Of a stretch of DNA of 56,353 nt, positions 30,301 to 43,721 are shown in pieces. The position numbers and the translations under genes were made by a program. Under the pieces are notes generated by a model that saw nothing but the letters and a program-made list of their open reading frames with translations, searched no databases and was not told the origin of the DNA. How positions within the stretch are numbered: the first letter of the stretch is position 1; the number at the start of each line of letters is the position of its first letter. The DNA is from Gammaproteobacteria bacterium (GTDB lineage: Bacteria; Pseudomonadota; Gammaproteobacteria; GCA-001735895), in contig JBLIOG010000002.1 of NCBI GenBank assembly GCA_047639625.1, forward strand, positions 1 to 56,353, read 5' to 3'.

Positions 30301-33300
30301 GAATCGAAGTTGAAGATTCGATAGAACTGGGGTCAGAAAGCCTTATGGACCTTGAGGCCTCTTTGATTATTCCGAGATCCGAACTTGGACCGATCGAACA
30401 GGATTATGATCTCGATGACGAGGCTGAAAATGAAGCAGCTAATTTTCCCGATGAACCGGGAATTGACTCTTTCGACGTCGATGATAGCTTGGCCTTTGAA
30501 GAAGCCGAAGCAATCGCTATTTCGAATCCTGACCACGAAGAAATATTGATTTCTGTCGATGAGGCACTCAGGCCCGAAAAAATAGATGTGGGTTTTGATG
30601 GAGACCCCCCGACAGCCCCTTTAGCCGATCTGACAGGGACAGTCAAGGGCGGCGAAAAAATCGAAGCAGTGCCACGTTTAAATCAAGGACTGACAGAACC
30701 AACAGACCTGTCATTCGATCCGGAACTTCTAACGATTTACCAGCAAGAGGTCGAACAGCACCTAAGCATCGTAAATTCCGTCCTTAAAAATGCAGAGCAG
30801 TCGGGAGAGCTGGTACCCGGGGAGGATATTTATCGCGCTCTCCATACCATTCATGGGGCTTCCCGAACCGCTGATATTGGTAGCATAGGTGAACTTTCCG
30901 GTCTGATGGAAAAACCACTTAAATCGGCCATCGCTCAGAGGATGGCTCTTGATCTGGAAATCGTGGCGCTTTATCAGCAAGGGCATGATGCTTTAAAGAA
31001 AATGACCGCCGAACTGGTTGAAACACGACGTTTACCCAGTATTGATAATGATTTAAAAATCAGTTTTTGGGCTCTGGCGGAAGATTTTGAGGAACACACT
31101 GTAGAAATACCTGGTGATAGTGAGCTACCGACGGGTGAATTCATTGATACTTTGACGATGATGAATGAAATGGCCGGTCTTCCCAAAGAACAGGATGACG
31201 AACTGCTCACCATCTTTATCGATGAAGCGAACGAATTGCTCGAAATGAGCGACCATACTTTGGATAGCTGGTCAAAACTAGAAGCGGATGAAAGTGGTAA
31301 TTACGATTTCTCAGCGGTGATGGAATTACAGCGCTATTTGCATACCCTGAAGGGTGGTGCACGTATGGCTGAATTAAATGAAATTAGTGATTTAAGCCAT
31401 GAAATGGAATCCCTGTTTATTGCGGTTATCGATGGACGGGTCGATAAAAGTGAAGATCTGGTTGACGTAATTCGAGGCAGTTTTGATCTCTTGCAACAGC
31501 AGGTAGTTGAAGCCGAGAAAAGTGAACCGCTTAGCTCACCGGAAAGTCAGTTAAAACTGATTCATCAGATGCGATTCGGTGAGGATGACGATCATTCAAC
31601 CGGCGATGGTATGCCGAATGATCAACTTGATAGCGAAGATATAGATATAGTCGCGGAGAATTTTACGGGTGAAGTGCGTTCACAAACAGACAGACCGGGA
31701 GCTGATGTCATCAAAGTCCGTTCTGATTTGCTCGACAACCTGGTTAATTCGGCAGGTGAGGTCAGTATTTATCGAGCACGCATGGAACAGCAGATTACAG
31801 GCCTGGGCTCCTATCTGGGCGAACTCGGGCAAACCATCAATCGTCTCAAGAATCAACTACGAAATCTAGAGGCAGAAACTGACACGCAAATACATTTCAG
31901 CCACAAAACTCAGGATAAAAACCACGAAGAATTCGATCCACTTGAGCTTGATCGATATACCGTGATTCAGGAGTTATCAAGATCTCTTAGTGAAAGTGTT
32001 AACGATCTGTCGAGTTTACAAAATATGCTGGGTGATCAGGTAAAAGACTCTGAGACGTTACTATTGCAGCAATCGCGCGTTAATACTGACCTTCAAGATG
32101 GTTTAATTAAAAGTCGAATGGTTCGATTTTCGGGATTATTATCGCGTTTACGCCGTCTGGTTCGTCAAAGTAGTCAGGAAGTAGGACGCAAAGCCGAGTT
32201 AATTGTTTCCGGTGAAAACAACGAGGTCGATAACAAGGTTCTGGATAGAATGATTGCACCGCTTGAGCATATCATTCGTAATGCTATTTCTCATGGTATT
32301 GAAACGCCCGTTGAAAGAGTAAAAAAAGGTAAACCTGAAACTGGAATTATCTCAATAGAGATTCAACGTGAAGGTTCCGACATCGTAATTAAAGTCAGTG
32401 ATGATGGATCTGGAATTAATACTGATAAGATCAGAAGTCGAGCACTACAACTGGGTTTAATTAATGAAAATCAGGCGGTTACAGATGCCGAGCTGGTTCA
32501 GTATATTCTCGAGCCTGGTTTCAGCACTGCTGAACATGTAACTCAGTTGTCGGGCCGCGGTGTTGGCATGGATGTTGTCTCTATTGAGATCAAGCAACTG
32601 GGTGGTACTTTGCAAATTGACACCAATCCACAGGGCACCGCTTTTATAGCCCGGCTACCGTTCACTTTGTCGATTAATCAGGCGATTATGGTACGAACGG
32701 GTGAAGAATTATATGCAATACCGCTTATCAATATCGAGGGAATTACCCGGCTAGACACCTCGCAGCTGTTAGATTATTACAGCCAGGACAGCCCGAAGAT
32801 TGAATATACAGGTCAAAGCTATGCCTTACATCATCTAGGTAAACTAGTGGAAGCGAGCGAAATTTCCAAACCTGACGAAGCTACTAAACAGTCCGTCATT
32901 CTGGGACGGGCCGGCGATACGCGGGTTGCCTTGCATGTTGATGAGATTTTGGGCAACAGGGAAATTGTTGTGAAACCCCTGGGTAAGCAGTTAAGTCAGG
33001 TAAAGAGCCTGGCGGGTGCGAGTATTTTAGCCGATGGTAGTGTTGTATTGATTCTCGATATCGGAGGCATAATCCGTCACAGCGTGAGTAACCCTGTAAA
33101 AATAGTTTATAGCAGCGAAGTTCCAAAGGTTGCTGAAACCCAGCGCAGTAAAGTTATGGTGGTTGACGATTCAATAACCATGCGCAGGGTAGCCAGTAAA
33201 CTACTGGAGAGGCACGATTATGACGTAGTTACAGCAAAAGACGGTGTCGATGCTTTGGCGCAGCTCGAAGATACTCGACCTGATGTGATGCTGCTAGATG

Positions 33301-33515
33301 TAGAAATGCCGCGTATGGATGGTTTTGAACTGGCAACCTATATGCGAAATGAGGCTTCCTACTCGAATATTCCTATTATTATGATTACCTCCAGAACCGG
33401 TGAAAAACATCGAGATCGAGCTTTTGAAATCGGTGTCACTAACTATATGGGGAAACCCTATCAGGAAGACGAGCTGATCAGTAACATTCAGTCTGCTTTA
33501 AGCAATCGAAAATAA
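27366..33515 (+). CDS. chpA: ChpA, multi-Hpt CheA-type hybrid histidine kinase with C-terminal receiver
   Basis: The protein is 2049 aa. It has three canonical Hpt motifs: FHTIKGSGR (His codon 29709), LHTIHGASR (30843) and LHTLKGGAR (31341). It has a CheA dimerisation/HATPase core (HIIRNAISHGIE, GRGVGMDVV), a CheW-like domain and a receiver domain (VMVVDDS ... LLDVEMPRMDG ... YMGKP). Confidence 0.95.
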   Translation: MNLQESSIKQSALGWVKKSIDDYLSEIKTNLKLYIEEGDENLLENVNDRLSLIQGVLMMIEQYGAAMLTEEMLSLGQYILDKQNDNSNQALEVLLRAVLQLPDYLEHIQSGHKDIPIAILPLLNDIRTVKNQDLFSEKLLFLPDLSMHKQAADLETIDDRKNHASKLLAKKLRPVYQISLLNVIKDQKIEESLRKLEKVCDVLEERSASEQIARIWWIIGALIESLKRQQLELGVSIKSLLGKVDALFRVLLIIGEKGLLQRQPVDLIKNFLYYLAQPECDGPKTKAIKTAYRLEQFLPSEAARSKVLSNIAGPNQALLKTVAEAVKADIETVKSTLEVYVNGDPANISLIKDLPHELHIISDTLAMIGFGQQRQLIEGQIGVVKKIISSEISADEEQLLLMAEELIQVEQSLDLMQFRIPVVAEESRDESTMSRDFEFGNVISAVVSAALDNIQKTKSAILEFVKDTSRYDNIELCNVMLNEARGALILMNHDRAVSVIDGLMLYLKDYDPDTFIEAASLDSLSQVVVSLEYYLEAVGEHRGDVDDILGFANIQLQGLLSGVKIEEFTPLEPEEELVISGEDQSKVDVESELDISIDLPSIKTVDESIDLDLIDRGVNVLSDPSDELSDDEVGVSSQQVGTGSEIEEEPDHAKVLIDVPGFALPETDQEIVHELSGELEDLHAVLEIDESGQVPSLSEIEQTDSQYEDRQWIAEAKDTGARHVVPVVEELEILKEGSDPEILEIYLEEAEEESINIARMQQDWLMHPEDENALRNIRRAFHTIKGSGRLVGASKIGEFAWDYEQLLNRVIDKTVITDSELIGAVGLASGAMFELVEELKSRKPPGCDIAWLRGLARSLSEFRADKVLSEHTMTLQRTETDDDRITDEPLDPARLVDIDDDDFATPIDSSDRVNPNTQGISEHDPESAVAAVQEEAFQSVTDDPVEEIELTGLPGMEQVSDSPMDAIAQLAHNLRDPERIEVEDSIELGSESLMDLEASLIIPRSELGPIEQDYDLDDEAENEAANFPDEPGIDSFDVDDSLAFEEAEAIAISNPDHEEILISVDEALRPEKIDVGFDGDPPTAPLADLTGTVKGGEKIEAVPRLNQGLTEPTDLSFDPELLTIYQQEVEQHLSIVNSVLKNAEQSGELVPGEDIYRALHTIHGASRTADIGSIGELSGLMEKPLKSAIAQRMALDLEIVALYQQGHDALKKMTAELVETRRLPSIDNDLKISFWALAEDFEEHTVEIPGDSELPTGEFIDTLTMMNEMAGLPKEQDDELLTIFIDEANELLEMSDHTLDSWSKLEADESGNYDFSAVMELQRYLHTLKGGARMAELNEISDLSHEMESLFIAVIDGRVDKSEDLVDVIRGSFDLLQQQVVEAEKSEPLSSPESQLKLIHQMRFGEDDDHSTGDGMPNDQLDSEDIDIVAENFTGEVRSQTDRPGADVIKVRSDLLDNLVNSAGEVSIYRARMEQQITGLGSYLGELGQTINRLKNQLRNLEAETDTQIHFSHKTQDKNHEEFDPLELDRYTVIQELSRSLSESVNDLSSLQNMLGDQVKDSETLLLQQSRVNTDLQDGLIKSRMVRFSGLLSRLRRLVRQSSQEVGRKAELIVSGENNEVDNKVLDRMIAPLEHIIRNAISHGIETPVERVKKGKPETGIISIEIQREGSDIVIKVSDDGSGINTDKIRSRALQLGLINENQAVTDAELVQYILEPGFSTAEHVTQLSGRGVGMDVVSIEIKQLGGTLQIDTNPQGTAFIARLPFTLSINQAIMVRTGEELYAIPLINIEGITRLDTSQLLDYYSQDSPKIEYTGQSYALHHLGKLVEASEISKPDEATKQSVILGRAGDTRVALHVDEILGNREIVVKPLGKQLSQVKSLAGASILADGSVVLILDIGGIIRHSVSNPVKIVYSSEVPKVAETQRSKVMVVDDSITMRRVASKLLERHDYDVVTAKDGVDALAQLEDTRPDVMLLDVEMPRMDGFELATYMRNEASYSNIPIIMITSRTGEKHRDRAFEIGVTNYMGKPYQEDELISNIQSALSNRK

Positions 33516-33533
33516 CCGCGTAGGAATTTAAAA

Positions 33534-34016
33534 ATGAACGATGGTAGTACCCGGTCAGTTCGATGCATGTTGTTGCCGTTGGTATCGATCAATCTGCTGA
33601 TTCCTAACTCTGCGGTAGCGGAAATACTGGCTTACAGTCGACCTCAGTCGCTGGCTGATAGTAGTGACTGGTTTAAGGGCGTCGTGTCCTGGCGTGGCGT
33701 TTATTTGCCGGTGGTGGCCGTAGAAGAGATGTGTTTTCTCGGTGCCACAGTCGTAGGTCCACGTTCGCGAATCGCGGTATTATATAACCCGGTTAAAGAC
33801 AGTGATTTACCCTATCTGGGCATACATATGCAGGATATTCCTCGGGCCTATCTCGCCGAATCCCCTAAAATGGAATCAGGCTCTGATACGGTTTTAAGTC
33901 GATATTTACTGTCCCGAGTCGATGATGAATCCTTGTCCCGGATGATTCCAAATCTGGATAATATATTCGGTGATCTAAAAGCTGAATTCACAGCGGACAA
34001 GCTACTGGCTTTGTAG
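33534..34016 (+). CDS. chpC: CheW-like protein ChpC
   Basis: This is a 160-aa CheW-like domain protein immediately after chpA (VSWRGVYLPVVAVEE ... IAVLY). Confidence 0.75.
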   Translation: MNDGSTRSVRCMLLPLVSINLLIPNSAVAEILAYSRPQSLADSSDWFKGVVSWRGVYLPVVAVEEMCFLGATVVGPRSRIAVLYNPVKDSDLPYLGIHMQDIPRAYLAESPKMESGSDTVLSRYLLSRVDDESLSRMIPNLDNIFGDLKAEFTADKLLAL

Positions 34017-34027
34017 CGAGCAAGCCT

Positions 34028-34765
34028 TCAGATATCTCCGGCAATTGATTGTGCAAGTGTGACCGCAACAGTCGTAGCCGTTTCAGTACGAAGTACTCTT
34101 GGGCCGAGTCCTAATTTTAAAAACCCATTCTGAATAGCAAGGTCAATTTCTGTTTTTGATAAACCGCCTTCTGGCCCCACCAGCAAAGCCATACTCCGAA
34201 TCCGGTCGAGACCTTTAATAATATCCTGAAAATTTCGGCCCTCAAAATGAGTAATTAATTTCAAGTCATTGATGTCAATCTCATGCAATAGCCGGGCAAA
34301 ATTAGGCTGGAATTGAATATCAGGGACGTGATGACGCTGGCTCTGCTCGCAGGCTTTAATTGCGACGGCCTGCCAGTGTTTCATTTTCTTCTCTAATTGT
34401 CCTGATTTGATCGGCGACTGACTATGATTAGCATTAAACAGGGATATTTTTGAAACACCCAGTTCGGTTGTTTTTTGAATGCTCCAGTCGAGATGGTCGC
34501 GACTGCTGACGCCCACCAGTAAATGTATTTTTAATGGTGATTCGTGATCAAACTCTAAGCAGGAAGTAATATCAGCAAAGCAATGCTTAGAACCAATGCT
34601 GAGTGTGGCAAGAAAATCTGCTGAGGTTGAATGATTAAAGAGATATATCGATTGTCCGCTTTTGAGGCGAAGTACGTTGCGTACATAATGGCTTTGATCG
34701 GTGTCGAGGATGATCTGATCACCGATGGCCATCGTCTGTTCGCAATAAACTCTAGAAATGCGCAT
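34028..34765 (-). CDS. rsmE: 16S rRNA (uracil1498-N3)-methyltransferase
   Basis: RsmE motifs are present (HYVRNVLRLK, LLVGPEGGLSKTE, LGPRVLRTETA). Confidence 0.9.
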   Translation of the reverse strand: MRISRVYCEQTMAIGDQIILDTDQSHYVRNVLRLKSGQSIYLFNHSTSADFLATLSIGSKHCFADITSCLEFDHESPLKIHLLVGVSSRDHLDWSIQKTTELGVSKISLFNANHSQSPIKSGQLEKKMKHWQAVAIKACEQSQRHHVPDIQFQPNFARLLHEIDINDLKLITHFEGRNFQDIIKGLDRIRSMALLVGPEGGLSKTEIDLAIQNGFLKLGLGPRVLRTETATTVAVTLAQSIAGDI

Positions 34766-34799
34766 GCTGCAGACGATGGCCTGATCGAATAAATACTAA

Positions 34800-36218
34800 C
34801 TAGTAACGATAATGCTCTGGCTTATAAGGTCCTTTAACATCAACGCTAATGTAATCAGCCTGCTCTGGCGTCAATTCAGTTAGCTCCGCCCCTATTTTTT
34901 CCAAATGTAGTCGAGCAACTTCTTCATCGAGATGTTTAGGCAGCGTGTAAACTTCATTTTTATATTTACCAGGATTGGCGAAAATCTCAATCTGAGCCAG
35001 AGTTTGATTGGTAAAAGAATTAGACATAACGAAACTTGGATGACCTGTGCCGCAACCGAGATTAACCAGACGACCTTCAGCTAACAGAATGATACGTTTT
35101 CCATCAGGAAAAATAACATGATCAACTTGTGGCTTGATATTTTCCCATTCGTATTGCTTTAATTCAGCGACTTCAATTTCATTATCAAAATGTCCGATGT
35201 TACAAACGATAGCCTGATTTTTCATCTTGATCATGTGCTCGTGGCGAATAACATTAAAATTGCCCGTGGTCGTAACAAAGATATCAACATCAGCACAAAC
35301 TTTATCCATTTGTACGACCCTGAATCCTTCCATCGCTGCCTGCAAAGCACAGATTGGGTCAATTTCACTGATCATAACGCTCGCACCAAGGCCTTTTAGT
35401 GATTGCGCGCTGCCTTTACCAACATCGCCATATCCCAGAACAAGCGCCACCTTACCGGCAATCATAACGTCGGTTGCACGTTTGATCGAATCTACCAGGG
35501 ATTCGCGGCAGCCATATAGATTGTCAAATTTTGATTTAGTGACAGAGTCATTGACGTTAAATGCAGGAAACGGTAACTCGCCACTAGCCTGCAATTTGTA
35601 GAGTCGAAGAACACCCGTTGTGGTTTCTTCGGTGACACCTTTGATATTCTTCTGAATATTTGAATACCAGTTCGGAGACGTTTTAAGTTTCTCTTTAATA
35701 GAAGCGTACATGATGATTTCTTCTTCACTACCGGGGTGATCAAGTACAGAAATATCGGATTCAGCTTTAGTGCCAAGATTAACCAGCATAGTGGCATCAC
35801 CACCGTCATCGAGAATCATATTCGGTGTACCACCATCATGCCATTCCATGATTTTGTGAGAGTACTGCCAATAATCTTCAAGAGATTCACCTTTGAACGC
35901 AAAAACTGGAACACCTGAAGTTGCAATCGCTGCGGCTGCGTGATCTTGCGTAGAGAAAATATTACAGGATGCCCAGCGTACCTCTGCGCCTAAAGAAACT
36001 AGCGTTTCAATAAGAACGGCAGTCTGAATTGTCATGTGCAGAGAGCCTGCTATTCGGGCGCCTTTGAGGGGCTTTTCATCGCCGTATTTGGTTCGTAAAA
36101 AAACCAGTCCGGGCATTTCTGTTTCGGCAATTGCTATTTCCTTTCTACCCCAGGCAGAAAGAGCAATATCCGCTATGATATAGTCGTTGTTTAGTGAGTC
36201 TTGAACTTTCGCGTTCAT
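34800..36218 (-). CDS. ahcY: Adenosylhomocysteinase
   Basis: It has the NAD-binding motif [12 protein letters not shown], plus IGHFDNEI and a C-terminal KPEHYRY. Confidence 0.95.
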   Translation of the reverse strand: MNAKVQDSLNNDYIIADIALSAWGRKEIAIAETEMPGLVFLRTKYGDEKPLKGARIAGSLHMTIQTAVLIETLVSLGAEVRWASCNIFSTQDHAAAAIATSGVPVFAFKGESLEDYWQYSHKIMEWHDGGTPNMILDDGGDATMLVNLGTKAESDISVLDHPGSEEEIIMYASIKEKLKTSPNWYSNIQKNIKGVTEETTTGVLRLYKLQASGELPFPAFNVNDSVTKSKFDNLYGCRESLVDSIKRATDVMIAGKVALVLGYGDVGKGSAQSLKGLGASVMISEIDPICALQAAMEGFRVVQMDKVCADVDIFVTTTGNFNVIRHEHMIKMKNQAIVCNIGHFDNEIEVAELKQYEWENIKPQVDHVIFPDGKRIILLAEGRLVNLGCGTGHPSFVMSNSFTNQTLAQIEIFANPGKYKNEVYTLPKHLDEEVARLHLEKIGAELTELTPEQADYISVDVKGPYKPEHYRY

Positions 36219-36244
36219 AAATAAACCTCTTTTTCTTGCATTTA

Positions 36245-36316
36245 TTTATGAGCGCCGTTAAAAATTACTGTCTATCAAGCCTGGCAGAAAATCTGTCGCA
36301 GCGCCCCTCAATAGCC
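36245..36316 (-). promoter_or_regulatory. SAH (S-adenosylhomocysteine) riboswitch in the ahcY leader
   Basis: The minus-strand read is UUGAGGGGCGCUGCGACAGAUUUUCUGCCAGGCUUGAUAGACAGUAAUUUUUAACGGCGCUCAUAA. It contains the three conserved SAH-element blocks (GAGG(A/G)GCGCUGCGAC, CAGGCU, AACGGCGCUCA). The 5' GGGCGC can pair with the 3' GCGCUC. It lies about 30 nt upstream of the ahcY SD/ATG. Confidence 0.75.
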
Positions 36317-36395
36317 AGGTGTCCGTAGTGGACTTTTACAGTCTGTTTAAATCAATGGTATGGCACCATCGCCGAGTGAAATTATTAGAGCTAAC

Positions 36396-37562
36396 TTACA
36401 AGCCTGCATCAGATTTCAGTTGTTCAGCTCTATCTGTACGTTCCCAACTGACATTTAGATCTTCCCGACCAAAATGACCGTAGGCTGCAGTCGGTTCGTA
36501 AATTGGTTTTAACAAGTCCAACATCGCAATTAAGCCTTTAGGACGGAGATCAAAATGTTGACGTACCAGAGTAGCAATACGATCATCATCTATCTTGCCA
36601 GTACCAAAAGTCTCAATACTAATAGAGGTCGGTTCGGCGACGCCAATCGCATATGACACCTGAATTTCACATCTATCCGCTATGCCAGCAGCGACTATAT
36701 TTTTAGCAACATACCGAGCTGCGTAAGCGGCAGAACGATCAACCTTCGATGGATCTTTTCCTGAAAATGCACCACCACCGTGCCTTGCCATTCCACCATA
36801 GGTATCGACAATAATTTTACGACCGGTAAGGCCAGCATCACCGACAGGTCCGCCAATGACAAAACGACCAGTTGGATTAATATGGATGTTCTCGCTTTTA
36901 CATTGCGATAACCATTCGGCTGGGAGAACCGGCTTTAATATTGATTCCATAACACCTTCACGCAGTGTCTTGAGATCCACGGACTCTTTATGCTGCGTTG
37001 AAAGCACCACGGCCTCAATGCCTACGGGTTGATGGTTTTCATATCGAAGGGTGATCTGGCTCTTGGCATCGGGTTGTAGCCACTCGAGTTCACCTGAGCG
37101 TCGAACTTCTGCCTGACGTTGGACAAGCCTGTGGGCGTAGGTGATGGGTGCGGGCATCAAAACATCTGTTTCATTACAGGCATATCCGAACATCAGGCCC
37201 TGGTCTCCAGCGCCTTGTTCATGGTCACTCGATTCGTCGACTCCCATGGCGATATCGTCTGACTGTTTACCCAGCCCAACGATTACGGCGCAGGTATTAC
37301 CATCGAATCCGCATTCAGCGTTGTCATATCCAATGCGGTTGACGGTATCCCGAACCAGTTTCTCCATATCAACCCAGGCATGCGTGGTTATTTCACCCGC
37401 TAGCATGACCATGCCGGTTTTTACCAAAGTTTCACAGGCAACTCTCGAGCGGTGATCTTGCTCCAGTAAAGCATCAAGAACTGCATCCGAAATTTGATCA
37501 GAAACCTTATCCGGATGTCCTTCCGAAACCGACTCGGATGTGAAAATAAAAGAACTGGCCAT
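36396..37562 (-). CDS. metK: S-adenosylmethionine synthase
   Basis: Motifs [24 protein letters not shown] and [19 protein letters not shown] are present. Confidence 0.95.
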   Translation of the reverse strand: MASSFIFTSESVSEGHPDKVSDQISDAVLDALLEQDHRSRVACETLVKTGMVMLAGEITTHAWVDMEKLVRDTVNRIGYDNAECGFDGNTCAVIVGLGKQSDDIAMGVDESSDHEQGAGDQGLMFGYACNETDVLMPAPITYAHRLVQRQAEVRRSGELEWLQPDAKSQITLRYENHQPVGIEAVVLSTQHKESVDLKTLREGVMESILKPVLPAEWLSQCKSENIHINPTGRFVIGGPVGDAGLTGRKIIVDTYGGMARHGGGAFSGKDPSKVDRSAAYAARYVAKNIVAAGIADRCEIQVSYAIGVAEPTSISIETFGTGKIDDDRIATLVRQHFDLRPKGLIAMLDLLKPIYEPTAAYGHFGREDLNVSWERTDRAEQLKSDAGL

Positions 37563-37882
37563 ATGATTTCCTCTTGATATGTTTTAAAAAATGTACATTA
37601 TTCTGGAATGGCCATTATAAGGAGGCGTTCAAAAAAAAATACCGCCTATGGGCAATTATTTATCTCAATAGGGAGATTTGTCAGACAATTAGACAATTTT
37701 TATTAATAACCATAAAACTTATTTTGTGTTGCCGCTATCTGGCATTTACGAGAGAATATCGCGCCTTGTCCAAAGAGGCCCTGATTACGGGCTATTTGGC
37801 CGTTTTTTCTGATCGAATAATTGGGTGCTCCGAGTAATGGATATCGAAAAATACCAGAAACGCGGAATATCCGGAGAGAAAA

Positions 37883-40964
<3,082 letters not shown>

Positions 40965-41020
40965 TCAGGTTTTTCAAGTTGCTGAAATTATCACGATAAT
41001 TTCTACACTTAATATTTAAC

Positions 41021-41051
41021 GGGCCCTCACACAATGTCGAGGGCTTTTTTT
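41021..41051 (+). terminator. Rho-independent terminator/attenuator after gap
   Basis: The sequence is GGGCCCTCacacaatgtcGAGGGCTTTTTTTAT, a GC stem followed by a T-run. It lies 57 nt after the gap stop. Confidence 0.7.
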
Positions 41052-41086
41052 ATCATTCTGAAATTTTTAAGCAGGAGAATCGATCC

Positions 41087-42277
41087 ATGACCGTTTTGAA
41101 AATGTTTGACCTGGATTTGTCCGAAAAGCGTGTTTTGATTCGACAGGATCTAAATGTACCGGTTAAAAATGGACAGGTAACCAGTGATCAACGTATTCAG
41201 GCTTCCTTGCCAGCGATAAAGGCCTGTAGTAAATCAGGTGCTAGCCTGATGATTATGTCCCACTTAGGTAGGCCTGTTGAAGGTAAAACCGAGGCGGTAT
41301 TTTCTTTGCAGCCAGTTGCCGATCACTTGTCCCGGTTACTCGATAGGCCAGTGCGGCTGGTTAAAGATTATTTAGAGACGCCGCCGGTTCTAGCCTCTGG
41401 AGAAGTAGTGCTGCTCGAAAATGTTCGCTTCAATATAGGTGAGAAAGCAAACGACGAAACTCTGGCCAGGCAATATGCGGCGCTTTGTGATATTTTTGTC
41501 ATGGACGCTTTTGGCACTGCGCATAGGGCACAGGCATCGACTTACGGTGTTGCTGAATTCGCAACAGTCGCCTGTGCTGGCCCTTTGCTTGCGGGTGAAT
41601 TAGATGCTTTATCGAAAGCGCTTCTTAAACCAGAACGTCCCGTTGTAGCCATTGTTGGAGGCTCAAAGGTTTCTACAAAATTGACGGTTCTCGATTCGCT
41701 TTCAGGAATTGTAGACCAGCTGATCCCGGGAGGAGGGATCGCCAACACATTTATCGCGGCTGCTGGCTATAATGTGGGTAAGTCATTAGTAGAAACTGAT
41801 TTGATTGGAGAAGCAAAGCGGTTAATCGAAGATGCTGAAAAAAGTGGTCGCCACATACCCATTCCCACGGATGTAGTTTGTGGGAAGGAATTTTCTGAGC
41901 AGGCTAAAGCTGAAATTAAATCCGTCGAAGCGGTTGAAGACGACGATATGATTTTTGATATAGGGCCTGAAACATCGGCGAAGTTTGCGTCATTATTAAA
42001 AACCGCAAAAACCATCGTCTGGAACGGCCCGGTGGGTGTTTTTGAATTTGATCAGTTCGGCGAGGGAACCCGATCTATATCAATGGCTATTGCCGAATCT
42101 GAAGCATTTTCGATAGCGGGTGGTGGTGACACGCTCGCTGCCGTCGATAAGTATGGCATAACCGAAGACGTTTCTTACATTTCTACCGGTGGCGGTGCTT
42201 TTCTCGAATTCCTCGAAGGCAAAGCGTTGCCCGCCGTTTCAATACTTGAACAAAGATGCAGGGATTATGAGAGATAG
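41087..42277 (+). CDS. pgk: Phosphoglycerate kinase
   Basis: Motifs MSHLGRP, FGTAHRA and GGGDTLAAV are present. Confidence 0.95.
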   Translation: MTVLKMFDLDLSEKRVLIRQDLNVPVKNGQVTSDQRIQASLPAIKACSKSGASLMIMSHLGRPVEGKTEAVFSLQPVADHLSRLLDRPVRLVKDYLETPPVLASGEVVLLENVRFNIGEKANDETLARQYAALCDIFVMDAFGTAHRAQASTYGVAEFATVACAGPLLAGELDALSKALLKPERPVVAIVGGSKVSTKLTVLDSLSGIVDQLIPGGGIANTFIAAAGYNVGKSLVETDLIGEAKRLIEDAEKSGRHIPIPTDVVCGKEFSEQAKAEIKSVEAVEDDDMIFDIGPETSAKFASLLKTAKTIVWNGPVGVFEFDQFGEGTRSISMAIAESEAFSIAGGGDTLAAVDKYGITEDVSYISTGGGAFLEFLEGKALPAVSILEQRCRDYER

Positions 42278-43721
42278 TATAAGAAGAACAAAAATTGTAG
42301 CCACTTTAGGGCCTGCGACTGAATCCGCTGAGGCGCTGGATAGCTTGATTAAAGCAGGGGTTGATGTCGTAAGACTAAACTTTTCGCACGGTGACCCCGA
42401 ATCTCATTGCGCACGAGCGGAAAGAGTTCGTCAAATTGGCAATGACAATGAAAGGCACCTCGCGATTCTGGCCGATTTGCAGGGCCCAAAAATTCGAATT
42501 GAGAAATTCAAAGATACAAAGATTCATCTCAACCACGGTGATAAATTTTCACTTAACATGGACTGTGGTGTTAACGATGGAAATCAGAACGAAGTTGGCG
42601 TTACTTACAAAAAACTGATTAATGATGTAAAGGTTAACGACACACTAGTGCTTGATGATGGTCGAATCGTATTAGAGATAATCGCCATAAACGGTTCCCG
42701 GATCGAGACTGAGGTATCTGTGGGTGGTGAGCTGTCGAACAATAAGGGTATTAATTTAAAAGGCGGTGGGCTCACGGCGGAAGCTTTAACTGAAAAAGAC
42801 AAAATAGATATAAAAACAGCCGCTATGTTAAACGCCGATTATCTAGCCGTTTCCTTCCCGCGAACTGCAGACGATATAAACCTGGCCAGAGCATTATTAC
42901 GCGAAGCCGGTGGGCAGGGCGGGATAGTCGCCAAGATTGAACGAGCTGAGGCGCTTGAAAATATCGAAGAAATTATTGAAGCTTCCGATGCCGTCATGAT
43001 TGCGCGAGGCGATTTGGGCGTAGAAATGGGCGATGCAAATCTTCCTGCCATACAAAAACAAATTATCAAGAAAGCCCGCAGTATGAACCGGGTCATTATT
43101 ACAGCGACACAAATGATGGAATCGATGCGTGATAATCCGATTCCTACCCGCGCTGAAGTATTTGATGTTGCCAATGCGGTTCTGGACGGAACTGATGCTG
43201 TTATGTTATCGGCGGAAACCGCAACTGGGCTTTTCCCTAGTGAAACGGTTTTGGCCATGTCGGATATCTGTCTCAATGCTGAAAAGCAGGATCGAGCTGC
43301 AAAATCCTCTCATCGACTGAACTCTACTTTCGAACGGGTTGATGAAGCCATTGCTATGGCGACGATGTATACCGCTAATCATCTCAATGTCCAGGCAATT
43401 GCGTCATTGACTGAATCAGGTTCTACCGCTTTGTGGATGTCGAGGATCAGTTCATCGATCCCGATTTATGCTTTGTCCCGCCACGAATCGACCAATCGTA
43501 AAGTGAATTTATATCGGGGTGTTTTCCCTGTCTTTTTCCCCACGATTCATACCAACCATGCCAAGGCAAATTTGGAAGCGGTTAATCTGATGAAAAAACA
43601 GGGAACTATTCGAGATGGCGACCTGGTGATTATCACTAAAGGCGATTTGATGGGAACGGGTGGTGGAACCAACGCCATGAAAATAGTCGAAGTTGGAAAC
43701 ATGCCCGATTTCATCGATTAA
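42267..43721 (+). CDS. pyk: Pyruvate kinase
   Basis: Motifs [31 protein letters not shown] and MLSAETA are present. I chose the ATG at 42267, which has AGGGA 5 nt upstream. This gives an 11-nt overlap with the pgk 3' end. Confidence 0.9.
   Translation: MRDSIRRTKIVATLGPATESAEALDSLIKAGVDVVRLNFSHGDPESHCARAERVRQIGNDNERHLAILADLQGPKIRIEKFKDTKIHLNHGDKFSLNMDCGVNDGNQNEVGVTYKKLINDVKVNDTLVLDDGRIVLEIIAINGSRIETEVSVGGELSNNKGINLKGGGLTAEALTEKDKIDIKTAAMLNADYLAVSFPRTADDINLARALLREAGGQGGIVAKIERAEALENIEEIIEASDAVMIARGDLGVEMGDANLPAIQKQIIKKARSMNRVIITATQMMESMRDNPIPTRAEVFDVANAVLDGTDAVMLSAETATGLFPSETVLAMSDICLNAEKQDRAAKSSHRLNSTFERVDEAIAMATMYTANHLNVQAIASLTESGSTALWMSRISSSIPIYALSRHESTNRKVNLYRGVFPVFFPTIHTNHAKANLEAVNLMKKQGTIRDGDLVIITKGDLMGTGGGTNAMKIVEVGNMPDFID

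Noticed and set aside
29060-30720. Possible tandem DNA repeats in the acidic part of chpA.
   Set aside because: The amino-acid composition is repetitive (D/E/S/L), but I found no repeating nucleotide unit. It is low-complexity linker sequence, not a repeat array.
37574-37837. 87-aa ORF in the metK/tkt divergent intergenic region.
   Set aside because: It is AT-rich with Cys/Ile/Leu/Lys-rich odd composition and no SD. The region is better explained as two divergent promoters.
37563-37882. I looked for a SAM-type riboswitch in the metK leader.
   Set aside because: I could not recognise any SAM-I, SAM-II or SAM-V conserved core in the minus-strand read. Only short generic hairpins are present.
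42839-43276. 145-aa ORF antisense to pyk. Similar antisense ORFs lie in ahcY (35227..35601), gap (40118..40474), asmA (1140..1523) and chpA (29771..30115).
   Set aside because: These are shadow ORFs opposite genes with unambiguous conserved motifs. Their composition is typical of non-coding frames.
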